A stretch of 63,960 nucleotides of DNA, filler included, from Piptocephalis cylindrospora (taxonomy: Eukaryota): assembly GCA_003614145.1 (NCBI GenBank). It is 5 parts of 5 records of this genome, joined end to end, with 100 filler letters (N's around TTAATTAATTAA, not from the genome) between each part and the next. Parts side by side here need not be neighbours in the genome. Positions count along the whole stretch, not along the records: positions 1 to 12,895 come from KZ987955.1; positions 12,996 to 25,875 come from KZ987956.1; 3 more parts are not named here. One strand, given 5' to 3'. Positions 11,969 to 24,735 of the stretch are shown piece by piece. Every line of letters starts with the position of its first letter. Within the stretch, counting starts at the first letter, position 1. A program made the translations under genes and the position numbers. Below the pieces are notes generated by a model that was given only the letters and a program-made list of their open reading frames with translations, was not told the DNA's origin and made no database searches.

Positions 11969-12625
11969 CTATAGATGCGACTTGACCGCATAAGAACGAG
12001 TAGTGCCCTGACTAAAATGAAAGCTCGTAGCTTTCAAGGGCCTTTCCCATTCCTCTATATAGTACACATTCTTTATTGGGTCATCAGGGTCAGAAACCTG
12101 CTCAATGCGGCCCGTAGGCTGGCAGCCCAAACGGCGATACTGTGCCTTGATGCCATTCCTCCGGTGATGAATCATGAAAATACTGAAGAAAACATCATGC
12201 GAGATGAGATACTTATCACTGGCGTGGATCATGGAGGATGCTACGCCTTTACTCTGGTATTCAGGGTCCACAGCCAGGAGACTAATGTGGCCTTTACTTC
12301 CTTCAATGGTCGTTTTTAGACATGCAATTGGCCTTTGAATCTCATCACTGCCCAGGGAGGGGTAAACGCAGGGAGATGGCGTAGGGAATGCAAGAAACAA
12401 CCCTGATGATCCTTTGGTAATGATATTCCTCAATGATTCCCGATCGATACGCTTTACCTTGATAATATGGCCCTCACTAGCCCAGGAGGCGCTCGATTGG
12501 TTGACCATGTTGATCAAATTATACAACGTATCCAGATGCTTCTCATCATTAGGAGTAGAAAGCCTCACATTGAAGTTTTCCTTTTCCAATAGGGCATTTT
12601 CTTGAATATGGCTGTCCGGGGACAT
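11969..12625 (-). CDS. GNAT-family N-acetyltransferase (paralog 3), intronless
   Basis: LYNLINMVNQSSASWASEGHIIKVKRIDRESLR, LAVDPEYQSKGVASSM, and a C-terminal PLKAT..SHL tail shared with paralog 1. Confidence 0.9.
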   Translation of the reverse strand: MSPDSHIQENALLEKENFNVRLSTPNDEKHLDTLYNLINMVNQSSASWASEGHIIKVKRIDRESLRNIITKGSSGLFLAFPTPSPCVYPSLGSDEIQRPIACLKTTIEGSKGHISLLAVDPEYQSKGVASSMIHASDKYLISHDVFFSIFMIHHRRNGIKAQYRRLGCQPTGRIEQVSDPDDPIKNVYYIEEWERPLKATSFHFSQGTTRSYAVKSHL

Positions 12626-12895
12626 AATGGATGGTTTGGTAGACGGTGAGAGGATAAAGATGGGTGGGAGGGGGGGGGGGGGGGGGAAGAGGGGGGGAAA
12701 GGAAATGTGTGAAAGGGGGGGGGGGAAGGAGAGGGGTATTTATGTGAGGGGAAAAATAGGGGGGGGGGGCGATGAAAGACGATGGCAGACGAGAGAGGGG
12801 GGGGATATTGAGACGGCAGTATAGGGAAGCCGGGGGGCAGGTGAGCGGGGCGACATAGGAAAATGGACAGGCTAGTGAGCGCGGGAGACTTGTGA

Positions 12896-12995
12896 NNNNN
12901 NNNNNNNNNNNNNNNNNNNNNNNNNNNNNNNNNNNNNNNTTAATTAATTAANNNNNNNNNNNNNNNNNNNNNNNNNNNNNNNNNNNNNNNNNNNN
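12896..12995. other. Artificial contig linker (N-run/TTAATTAATTAA/N-run)
   Basis: 100-bp spacer whose core gives stops in all six frames; identical at four sites. Confidence 0.97.
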
Positions 12996-13330
12996 CTCTG
13001 AGTGCGCCACACACTGGTAAAGTATGGTCAGGCGACTGGCTCATGCCAAACTCCGTCCCATCCCTAGCCTGCTCATGTTTCTACCCTGGGCGCGGACTCT
13101 ACACGCCATCCCTGACCTTGAACCTCGCCCATCTCCCACTGGATAAATATCAACCTCCATCCTTCTCTTCCCCACCCTCTCCCAGCCCAGCCCAACCCAG
13201 CCCAGTTTACTTTTCTTTCCTCTTCCATCTCTCCTATTTTTTTTTTTTCAGCCTCCCTCATACCCAGCCTATCTTACCTGTCTTGTCCATCTATCTCCTC
13301 TTAGTTTCTTTCTCAGCCTACGCATCATCC

Positions 13331-16300
13331 ATGCCTTCCTCTCCCTCCCCTTCTCCTCCACCGCCTCCAAGGCCTAGAGAGAACTCGTCAGAACATCCGA
13401 CACCTCAGCCACCCTCCAGGCAGAACCCTTCATCTCTTCTCTCTCACCCAACTCCAGTCCGTTCCTCCCCTTCCCCTTCCCTTCCCTTGGGTACACCATT
13501 ACCCGCCCGGCCAGCTGCCTCAGCCACCCCTCCCCCCATCTCTCGATCTCCTAGGCCCCGTCGGACCTTCTCCCTCGTCCATCACCAGCCCCTTTCAGGA
13601 GATTCCTCGGCCTCTGAATCCCCTCAGGCTCAGATTCGATCAAAGGCTACGGCTAATCAACCGACCCGAGCCTCACTTCATATTCGTCATTCTAGTGTCT
13701 TGGGTGTGGTATCAGATAAGGCCTTACTGAAAAAGGCTCGATCATTCTTGGATGATCGTGCCAAACCCAAATCACGCCTTCTTTCCCTATGGTCCTTTGT
13801 AGAGGCTGCTAATGCTCTAGACCAGGCCCTTTTCCTTCAACGCCATGCCCAGAGCGTCTGGGAGGTTGTGCTGGAGGTTCTGACCCAGCAAATTCATAAG
13901 ATGCGACGTAAGTTGTTGTACAAGCCCTTCTCATTTGCCTTTCACTCATTTCCTCTCATTTGCCCACCCTCTTTTCTACTTTCATCGCCCATCCATACAG
14001 AGAAAAAGCATGATAAGTCCAACCCGCCTTCATTACTCTTTGCAGACGTCCCCACACTCTTTCTGCGTGCTCTCTATCTTCTGAGATTAGCATTGTCCCA
14101 TCTCTTTCAACTTGCCCATGATCCCACTCCTCCAGTGTCCCTTCGAGCTCTGGCCTTACGTCTCTCCGCCTTACTCGCAGATCTACTAGACTATGAAAAT
14201 CACCTACGCTTACGCCTCATTGGCCTTTCCCTCCTCTCTGCCTCTCTCCCATCCACCCTTCCCCTACCGCCCCATCTCTCGGCTCCTCTTCTTGATCTGT
14301 ATGCCCGTGCCATCCCTCTGGCCCCCTTGGGAAATCCGAGTAGGCCATCACTTGCCTCTCAAGATCTTCTACCTCCCTTACCCATCCATACGGCCGATCC
14401 CTCGGGACGTCCTATCCTCCCTACCTCCTCTCCCCCGGATTCTCGGGACACCACGGCCATGTTAGCTCTGTGCCTTGGATCAGCCATTCGTCTGGCTCAC
14501 TCGGCCGTCGGGCTTCCTGAGCCTCCCTCCACCCCTACCGATGACCTAATCTGGGGAGGTATTGTTCATGGAGAGGGGAATCGAGGGTCGTCAGGCATCG
14601 GAGGCGCCGGGGATGATGAGGGTGGGGATCCCGTGGGGGACGGAGATGGCGGGGACGGAGGCGGTAGAAATATCCCCAGTGGTATTTCTGCCGTCATTGG
14701 AGGGGGAAATCGAGGTGCCCGATCTGTTCGGGATAATGTCACTGTGGCCTCTGGGATTGATGGAGCCGGTGAGGCCTTGACTCGAGTATGGGAGTTATGG
14801 GAGAGGTGTTACATGGCTCGGCTGGTTGGACCCCACGCTCAGGGCCCCTGCTCCACCCCGGTCCTCGGTCTACTCCTTTCCTTTTACCTTTACTGGTGTA
14901 TGGACCCAGTGGAGGAGAGTGATGATGCATCCACTTCCTCCTTTTCTGGTGCATCCTCCTCCTCTTCTTCTTCATCTTCTACATCAGCCCCGATGACTTT
15001 TTCCTTTTCGGCTGCCTCTACCTCTTCTGCCGCCTCGGCTTCGAGCCCCTCTCCCCCTTCTACATCTTCCCCTAAACCCACCTCCGTCACCATTTCACCT
15101 CTCACCTTGGGTCCAAAGGAGGATACTCTAGCTGCTGTTCGAGCCACTCTTAAGGCCAGGGTCTACCGGAATGCCGGCTCCTTTTCCTTTGAGCAGGATA
15201 TTGTTCGCCAATCCCTATCCCTTCGTCCCGTCTGGAGGCATGGGCCCTTAGTCAGGGGGGCCATTGTGCTTGCTGGTTTGGGGATACTTCGTATCCCCGA
15301 AGATCGTCCTATGATGCACAGGTGCCTAGATGCTCGAAGTGAGCGTGCTTGGTTTACCTACGTCTCTGAGATGTTCTCTTGCCTCGGTGTGATCTTTGAG
15401 GATGTGGGTTTCTCTGAACCCTCCTCCTCTACTACAACTAGAGACACTGGAGAGGAGGGGAGTGGGGGAATGAAGGAAATGGGAGAGGAGGAGGATGGTG
15501 AAGGGGAGCAATGGGAGGGGATATTTCTTCAGATTCAAAGTACCCTACAAGCATATGCCGGTAAGATCCTTATGGGATCCGAGCCCTCAAGCGGTTGGTC
15601 CTGGATTGGAAAGCTGTGTCTTCAGGCTTTGCATTGGCTAAATCGAAGATTATTGAGGCAACCTCCCTCCCCCAATCTAATCTCCAGATGGAAAGGTATC
15701 CTTGGGGGGATGGTCAATGTTTCCTTGGGTATATGGATTGGAGCGGGCCATCAAGGATTTTCCGCGGAAGAATGGGGTGACCTGGATGGAATTCTCCAGG
15801 GCCTTTCTCGTCTTCCTTCCTATACAGGCACCGTCTTGTCCGTGTGGATGGTAAGCGTGGGTCTGGGGGGTAAGATTGGGAAAGGGAACAAGCCTAAACT
15901 TTCTCTCTCGATAGAGATGGATGGAACGATTGACAGTGGAAATGGGGAAGGAGTCTAAAGGAGTAGTCACCTCCGGAGGAAGGTCGGGTCCGAGAGCCAA
16001 GAGGCAGTATCATGATGAGGTCAGTAGAATCAAGAAGAGGATGGACGCCCAGAATCAGATGGAACATCGCGCCGCTGCCCTCTCTCCTATAGATGCGGAA
16101 GGAGAGAAAGATAGGAAGGGAAGGAGGAGGAAGAGCTTACTCGGGAAGAGAAATGGGGGGGGCGTCTCCAATGCCCCCACCATGCCCTCTAGCCCGGGCC
16201 CTCCCTTGCCTCCAAGAATCCGTACTGGTCCATCTACTGGGACAAATAGCATGGGAGGGTCCATGGGAAACCCAGGGATGGTAGGGAGAAGAGGCGCGGC

Positions 16301-19300
16301 TTTCATGACTGGGAGAAAACCTGGTGGAGATTTTCCTGGGGGAGAGGATCATCCTTCTACTCTGCCCACTTCTACTGGGAAGCTCAGAAGGCTTAGTAGC
16401 ATAGAGGTGATGGAAACTTCCGTCCCCACCACCACCCTCGCCAACGTCTCCACCTCTCCTTCCACGCAGGCAACCTCCAGTCTACTCGCTTCATCCCCGC
16501 CTCCACAGGCTCTCCGATGGGTTACCAGACTTTCTGAGTCCCTTCCCACTGCACGAAATTCCACCAGTGGTTATGGTGATCGAGGGGATCGAAGCGACAG
16601 AGGGGATAAGGGAGAGAGAGTGGATAGAGGGGACAAAGGAGAGGATACTTCGGTAGCCATGGCTATCCTCTCCTCTTTGGTGTCCCCAGGCCCTCCGACT
16701 GACCCCTTAACCCTTGGCAAGGCCCCAGAAACGGGGGGAAAGCCCAGTGGAATGAATCATGGCGCGGGAATGCTTATCCCCATGATCGCTCATCCTAGTA
16801 TCCTTCATCGCTATGAAGGCGGTCTTTGGAGGCTAGGGAAGAGAGCAGGTTGGGTCAGAGGTGGGGCTGGAGGAGGCCATAGGGATGTATGGTATCGACT
16901 ATTCCTTATCCTTGGGGATGGAGTGGATATGTGGCTAAGGATGATTCGAGATGGGGATCAATGGGAGGAGAGGCATGTTCGATGGACGCGATGTCTCACT
17001 CGTCTTTCTAAAGTCATGGTAAGAGCCAAGATGAGATGGTGGGGTGACAGTATCAAGTCATCATAACCCTCCCCTCTAGGTGAATGAAGAGGTGAATCGC
17101 TGGGGGTGGAGTCGAAAGAACTGGGGTATGGAAAGCCTACTTCCCTCCCCCTTTACTCTTGTCCCTTGGCTCATTCGTATATTGGATACCGTTGGGTAAG
17201 TGTTTACCATTGTTACTACCATTATCTCCATTTAACTGTAGCATTATCCGAGTTCTGACCTTTCTCCCTCCCCTCTCCATCCTGCAGCTTCCCAAGAGAA
17301 AGCCAACTGCTGGCCTATTCTACACTGGCCCGCATTCTTACCCCGCCTAGACCCAGATTGTTTCTTGAGGGAGAAGAAAAGGAAAAGGGAAGGTGGACCC
17401 TGGTCCACATGTACCGTATAGCCGTTGAGGTGAGTTCCCAGGATGAGAGCCAGTGAGACTTCCTATCTTTTATCTCAACTTCTACCCTATCATCATTTTA
17501 TAGGGGATCTCTGGAAGAGACCATGGAGTACGGGACCGGCTACTAGTCAATGGTCTGGATCGGGTATACGGAAGATGGGTGGAGGAGGAGGGAATGGGAA
17601 AGAGAGCAGGGAGATCCAGTCCTCTCTATCGTCTTGCCCCTCACTTTCTGGATTGCATCTCTAATATCCTCTTGGTTAGCCAGAGAGAAGAAAGGGCTGA
17701 GGTAAGTGTGGAGGAATCTGCCCTCCGTCTCCTGTGCTCTATGATCCCTCTCAGAGAGCTAGAGGCGGAGAATCAGAGGGATGGAACAGTTTCACGGAGA
17801 GTGAAAGAGTGTTTGCTTCAGGCCTCCGCCATAATCCCCTTCCTCACGGCCCATGCTCAAGTCATCCTCATCAGTGGGATGGGCCAATGGCTATTTGCTG
17901 AGCTAGGGAATGGTAGAAAGGAGGAAGGGGGGCAAGAGAGTCCAGTCCTTCTCAACACCCTACTGGGCTTACTGGATACCCAAGGAGACGTCGGGATGGA
18001 TGGGATTAGAGCGGTGACACGGGTACTCAAAACCTTTGCCATGATGATTGCAGCTACTCTAAATCAAAGAAGGGAGCAAGGGGAAGAAAAGGAGACGGAG
18101 AAGTGGTATGTCCCATTGGGTGTCCGAGTAACAGGCTCCCTGGTTCATCATGTGAGAGGAGAATGGAAGATGGCCCATTCACCTACTGAAGGTAATTATA
18201 CATACTGGTCGGGGATTCTGAGGAAGGCATCGAGAGCAGCCACTCATACTCCATTCTACTCCAACCGTATACGAGCAGTGGATAGAGTATGTGAGTGGAT
18301 GGAATGTTTTGTTGATTGGTGGATGCTTTTACCCAAGGAACCCCTGGAATCATCCGGAGTCCTTGACGATTGGCTAGGCCTTCTGGAAGAGGTTGGTCAA
18401 GCTAAGGGCGGTGGTGATGATAATGAGGGGTCAGGGACTGATGGGAGGATGGGTCATGCTCAACAAGGGTTTGTTCATCCCAATGTCCTAGTAAGTTATT
18501 TTATCTCAGTAACTACTGTTTTTTAGCGAGTGATATCATCCTCATCTGGGAATTTTACCCTACTCTGATAGATGGCCATTTCCTTTGCAGCCCAGGAAAT
18601 TCAGCGATGCTGGTCTATCTTTCCAAGTCCCTTGGGCGTGGATGGTTGGTCCACCAAGGCTATTGAGCCCTGGTGGGATGGGGATGGGGAAGCGATGCGA
18701 CCTTCTGGGTGTACCCTTATTCTTGAATATGAGGGGGATAGTCGAGTCATGGTCTCCATGATTGAACGCGATATCGAAATGGAGGATCAAGAGGATGGAG
18801 AGGGAAAGCAAGAAGTAGAAATGATCCTGAGAGATAGTACCGGCCGGTATAGCTGGAGTCTTGTCCAGCTTCAGGGTCAGGAAACTAGCGGTAAGGCTTC
18901 CTGTAATGTTAGCCAAGGATGTAGCGAGGGCAACGAGAAGGGAAGGGTAACCAAAGAATTGGTAGGCGATAATCAGGGGAGCACTGCTAAGGACGAGGAA
19001 GATGTAGGTGAGGTGATGAACATCCCTGATATCCTTGGTGAGCTGGATACCGATGAGGAGGGTAGCGATGATATACCAGAGGATGGTGCTTTTGAACATC
19101 AGGAGGACGAAGTGGAGAAGAAGAACACGGTAGAAAAGAAGGATACGAGGAGGCCGTATGAAGAGGAAGAGGTGGAAACCTTATTGAGGGAGGATGGTTC
19201 TGAAAAGGAAAACATCTCGGAGAGAAATGGTAGTACGAAGGGAGAGAATAACTCCGAGAACAAAAGCATGCATGATGGAGAGAAAAAGACTAATGAGGAA

Positions 19301-20963
19301 GAAGAGGAAGATGATGATGATGAAAAAAAGGGAAAGGGGGATCCACTGGATTTCATGCTCACGGAGATGGGGTATAAGGAGCTGGGGCAGAGAAATGGGG
19401 TGGCGAAGCATCCGGAAAGCCTAGGAATCTTCCAGGTTGAAGGAAGCGATGCACCCAGGCCAAGATTGACACGGAGAGCGGCCACGAGTTCCATGGTTCG
19501 CCCCACCTCCACTCTTCCAAATAAGCGGGTAGAAGGGATGGGAATTGCCCCGGGTCACACTCCACCTCATCGAATGCGCAGTGTCCCCAGCTTGGGGGTT
19601 GAGGCCGGAAAGGAGGATGAAGCCATCCAGCAGGCTACATCCCTGGCAAGATCCTTTTCCCGGTCCAGGCCCTCAACTCCCCTCATGACCTTGCCTGGAG
19701 TGACGCGACGTGTGACTATGCGGGAAGATGCTGATGGGGATAAGAGGGTCAGTCGCCTCGCCAGGTCACCTCCCCCCTCGCGGAGACGAAAGAGGCGGGA
19801 TCAACCTGGGGTGGATAGGTTAGGTACTGAGCAAGGAAGGAAGGAAGTACACTCACGGCTACAGTCGAGCCGAGAGTGGCTCTCTACCCTAGGCTTCCTT
19901 CAGAGCGTGACAAGTAGTCAATCCCGTCGAATGGATCCTCGGGGAACTCGGGGTGGGATGTCTCCAAAGGTGACGTTCCTCGATCAGAGTGCCTCTCTTT
20001 GGCGTGATGTCAAAGAGCTGGATAGGAAGCCTAGTCGGCAGACCGTCAAGGGTGCCATTCTTTACGTCGGCCCGGGTCAACGAATGGAACAGGAAATCCT
20101 CCGTAATGAACAGGGAAGCCCAGAGTATCATGCATTTGTGGAGACTCTGGGCTGGAGGGTACGATCGGACCATCTCGGATATGTGGCGGGTCTTCGGCCC
20201 CTTGATGAAAAAGGAAATGAGGTCGGAAGGAGCGAAGGGGCAGGAGGAGTATATGGGGGGATTTATTGGGCAGATCATCGGGTAGAGTTAATGCTCCATG
20301 AGTCGACTAGTATTCTACGGGCTCGGTCTAAGGACGGGGGTGAGGGCACCAAGGAGGAATCGATCCTCGGCAAGGTAAGCGCTCTTCCTTCACATTTGAT
20401 GTTTTCCTACTAACTAACCTCTCCATCAGAAACGACATATTGGCAATGATCATATCCATGTGGTGTGGAATGAAAGTGGGACGACTTATCGACCAGATAC
20501 CATTGGGGGCAACTTTGGCAGTGTCCAGATCATTATTACTCCCAGTCTTGGCCCTAACCGATCATTCTATGGGATTGATTTACATATTGTCACGGAAATT
20601 GAGGTAGGCTGGGCTTGGAGGGTTCTGAGAAGAGGGATGATTTGCTCACATTATTTCCTCATCTTATTCACCAACCACTCTGTCCAATCTTCCCAATGAT
20701 GATGATAGGAGGAAGGCGTGATGGGACCTTTGTTTGATGGAGCTCTAGTAGAACGAGAGGCCTTGGCCCCGATGGTTCGGCAAACCATCCTCACAGGCTA
20801 CCGAGCCACATTCCCTTCCAATCTCAAGGACATCCATTATTGGCACCCTTACGCAGCGAGAAATCGAGATTTGGAGGTGATTGGACGTCGGCATGGACGA
20901 AAGGATAGGACCTACGAGCAGTTCCTCGGAAACGTCTTTGTACTTGGGGACGATACTCGATGA
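13331..20963 (+). CDS. RALGAPA: Ral GTPase-activating protein alpha-like (Rap/Ran-GAP domain; tuberin/RalGAP family)
   Basis: Multi-exon. N-terminal KKARSFLDDRAKPKSRL..LLDYENHLRLRLIGL and C-terminal GAP RDVKELDRKPSRQTVKGAILYVGPGQ..LGW..KRHIGNDHIHVVWNE..GPLFDGALV resemble animal RalGAP-alpha as I recall it. Confidence 0.85.
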
Positions 20964-21176
20964 CGTTGATGAGAAGGAAAATTGTAATATAGGACACACG
21001 AAAGATATACTTATTCAGAAAGGTGGATTCATTCATAAGTAAGATATAGAGCACAGAAAATATCAGTTTTCCTTGAGGGAAGTAGGAGAAATGATAGCCA
21101 AAGAATTAAACATGTTTCCTTCGACTCTCTCCTTTTCCGTTATCGCAAGATCAAGAAATGGGTGGGGTTCCTCTCT

Positions 21177-24100
21177 TTATAATCCTCCCCCACCACCTGC
21201 TCCGGCACCGCCACCACCACTTGCATTCAGCGGACCTCCAGAATCAAAGCGCATGGACCCGGACTTTCCCTCTTCTCGTACCCGACTCATCTCATCCACC
21301 ACTGTCTGATCCACCCAGGGCCGTGTGAGAAGGAAATGGGTAATAACTCGTTGCTGGATCAGGAGTTGTTCCTCCTGGGCACTTCTCCCTCCACCATTGG
21401 GCCACCCATCGGATCCAGGCCCTGCTCCACTGCCTCCGCTTACTCCTCCACTTGCATTGACTCCAGAGCCATCCGATGCTCCCGGACCACCCTGGTGGGG
21501 ATGGTGGGAACCGGTGAGGAGGTAAAAGGAGGAGGAAAAAGAGGATAGATTAGGTCGGCTTCTCTTTAAGGCGTCCCAGCCAAATTTGGTAGAGGAGGAG
21601 GCAGTGGGGTTAGAGGGGGAGGAATGGGTATGGGTGGGTGCAGGAGTGGATACAGGAGGAATGGGGGGACTTGCCTCGACATCGACCTCACTCCCCATCC
21701 CTCCGGCTCCCGCATCATCCGTGGAGGGGTGGGGTCGCATGAGCATTGTGGAGGATCCGGAGTTTGATCCCAAGAGAGAGGTAGAGGAGGTATAATTTGT
21801 GGTGGTAAGCGGAACTGTCGCGGACTTTCCAGTAATCCCCCCGGAGATGGTCTTGTGTAACCGGACCCTTAGACGATCCCCACCACCACCACCGCCACCC
21901 TCCCCATCATCATACACTCCACTACCGCCCTTCCTCCGAATGGAAAAGTACCAAGGTGGAGGGAACTCTGGGTACTTGGAAGAAGAGTGACGGAAGGCCA
22001 CAAGCCTGCCAAGTGATTCCAGAATTCTCGGGTCCTGGGCTAATGTGATAGAATTTTGGCCTGGACCGGCATTCCTGGCCTTTTGGGAGCCAATGGCAGC
22101 TCGTAAGTAAGTAACATCCAGGAGGTACACACCGAGGAATGGGACGGTCCAAAGGACATCCGTATATCTAACGTCTGTGTCCCGATCAGGATCCCCAGAG
22201 CTGATTTCTTCCTTCCGAAGTCCCTCATCCTCCACGGCCCGATACTTGGCATAGTTGTCTTGGGGGTCCATGAGATCCCGTAAAGCCTCAACCCGGGAAG
22301 TGGCTCTTCGGGATAAGGAGCCCCAGGTACGAGTAAGACGACGAACTGGTGGGGTGCTTAGGCCCGCAAGAATAGCAGCCAGCCCCTGGAAGTCTCGAAG
22401 TTGCCTCAGGGCTTTGGCAATCTTACTCCATCTTCCCAGGACCCGGACTCTACCGGCCTGATCATCTACGATGAGGATAGAGTACTCGACGGACCGGGAG
22501 AGGTAGTTGAAAAAATCGGTGGAAGCACGAATAGACGCGTCTGTTAGGCCTCCCGTGTGAGGCAAAAGGGTGTGGGGAGAGATGCGGTAGAAGAGATGAG
22601 CGTCCAATAAGCAAATCTGGAAAGCCACTAGCCTCCAGGGAAGGGAAAGGAGGTCGGGGCCCGTGGAAGAGGCAAGTTGGACTAGGGCTGTGGCCTTGCT
22701 TAGGGCCGCCCTAACCCCCTGGATCTGAGCTTGACGGGAGGGCGATACGGAGGGTTCCAGGAGCTCGGCCAGCCATTTAGCCAGGGCCATATGGGCCCCA
22801 AGTAGCGGGGACCGTGGAATGGAAGGCACGTGATCCGCGGGAGCACTGGGCGGAAGTGGAGATGAATCCCCGGTGGTCAGATGAGCAGATACCAGGTCAG
22901 ATGCATCCACTCCAATATCCAAGAGTCTATCTAGAAGAAGTGTGGCCGAGGTAATCGAGGAGGATCGGAGTAGCTGGAGTCGACGATTACTCCATTCAGG
23001 AGAGGAATTGGTGGGAGAGGAGGGGGACGAGGAGATGGTTGTAGTCGTAGGTTCAGCCGAGGGGGAACGTTGGTGCCGACGGACTGAGGGCCGATCTTTG
23101 GGCTTTTGCATGGCCATAGTCATGGATCTGGACAGGGTGGAGGAGGGAGGGGTGGAGAGGTTAGTTGTGGAGGGGGATTCAAAGATCTTGGTTGAGGACG
23201 GGGAAGCCGAGAGTTTGTTTGAGGAGGAGAAGGTGACAATGGAGTTGGATGATTCATCCTTGACCTGTCTTTGAGGAATTTTCACCGTTTGGGGGCGAAT
23301 AGAGCTGGCAATACTCTCTCCTAGCAAATTCTCTCCCTGTCCGTTTTCTTCTTCTTCTTCTTCTTCTTCATCCTCCTCATCATCATCATCCTCGTCTCCC
23401 CCATCCTCGGCCTCAGCCTCCTCCTTTTCCATCTCAACACTTCCTCCCTTCATGGGTGGAACGGGAGGGGAGGGGCTGGTGGAGGAGGAAGAGGTAAAAC
23501 GATGAAAACGAGAGAGGAGTTTTTCACTCTTAGTCCTTCTCGGCCGACGGTGCTGCACCCAGGGGGGATGTACATTGGGGGGAAGTTTCGTGGTGGAGAT
23601 GGTCAATTGGGTAGAAGGGGGAGGAGCCTCCAAACTAGTGATAATTGGAGGAATGGATGACTGTTGCATGGGGGCATTGAGACTGGACTGTCGTATGTGA
23701 CCAAAGACTGGCCGAGTCCTGGATGTAGCGGTGCCGCTGCCCAAGGACCCCGTGGCGGGGGGTGATGGAGTGACGGGTCTCTGAGCGGCCGGAGTATCCA
23801 AAAGGCAAAAGCCCAGAGAGGCGGCTGCATCCTGGGAGGAAGAAGCGACGGGAGGGGGGATCTGCATATCAGAGGAGGGTATGGAGGAGAAAGAAGTGTC
23901 CTGATGGGAGGTGGAGGTACCTGGAGAGAGAGCAATGGCTCGAAGCGAAGCTGTGGGCATAGGGGATAGCTCGGGGGAGGAGGGAGCTGAAGAGGAGAAG
24001 AAAAAAAGATCCGTGTCCATAGTGTCCTCCATACCCGTGGATGGAAAGCCAAGATGGGTGAATCCGGGTGAATGTATCGGAGAGTGAAGGAGAGCATGGG

Positions 24101-24735
24101 GGCCTGAAGCGGCCGATGAGCTCCTTCCCACCGACGTGCTCTGTACTCTTGATTCATCACTCATAGTTGGTGAGGTGGAGAAGGAGGATTTCCACGCCTG
24201 ATCCAAGTATCCGATGGTCTGAGTCATTTCCGATGCCAGGGATGAAAATAGATGAGCATCTACAAGATGATTCCAACGAGTAATCCAGAGTGGTAATGTT
24301 GTGTGAGCCGTGGGGATGAGAGGAAATGAGGGTACGGCGGGAAAAGGGCTTACTGGTTGAGTGAAATGGTAGGGCCTCAAGTTGTCGACATAGGATACGT
24401 AATCGGGAAACTTGCTGGAGATAATGGGGCGAAGGCTGTACCAAGATAGACGGAGGGGCAGAGTTCATGATAAATGATGCTAAGATGCACTAAGAATTAA
24501 TAGAAGGGCTTACCATAATCCTGCTTAGGTCAGTGGACTCGGCATCATTGTCATCATCGTCCTCCACTTCGCCTTCATCCCCTACAACATTATCTTCCTC
24601 GGCCGTACAATACTCCTGGTCGGAACGAACATGTCTGGGGCTCTGGAGGGGTTCAATAGTGACCTCCTCATCCCCAGGGAGGGCGGTCTGATCCGTGGGG
24701 GAGACGGGAGATGTGGCAGCCGGGGACTGGATCAT
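21177..24735 (-). CDS. RasGEF (CDC25 homology domain) protein, possibly RalGPS-like
   Basis: Three exons. FNYLSRSVEYSIL..KIAKALRQLRDFQGLAAILAGLSTPPVRRLTRTW..DPQDNYAKYR..VPFLGVYLLDVTYL. Confidence 0.88.

Noticed and set aside
12660..12895. G-rich tracts suggesting G-quadruplexes or telomere-like sequence
   Set aside because: Irregular purine runs next to a long G homopolymer near a contig end; probably low-quality base calls.
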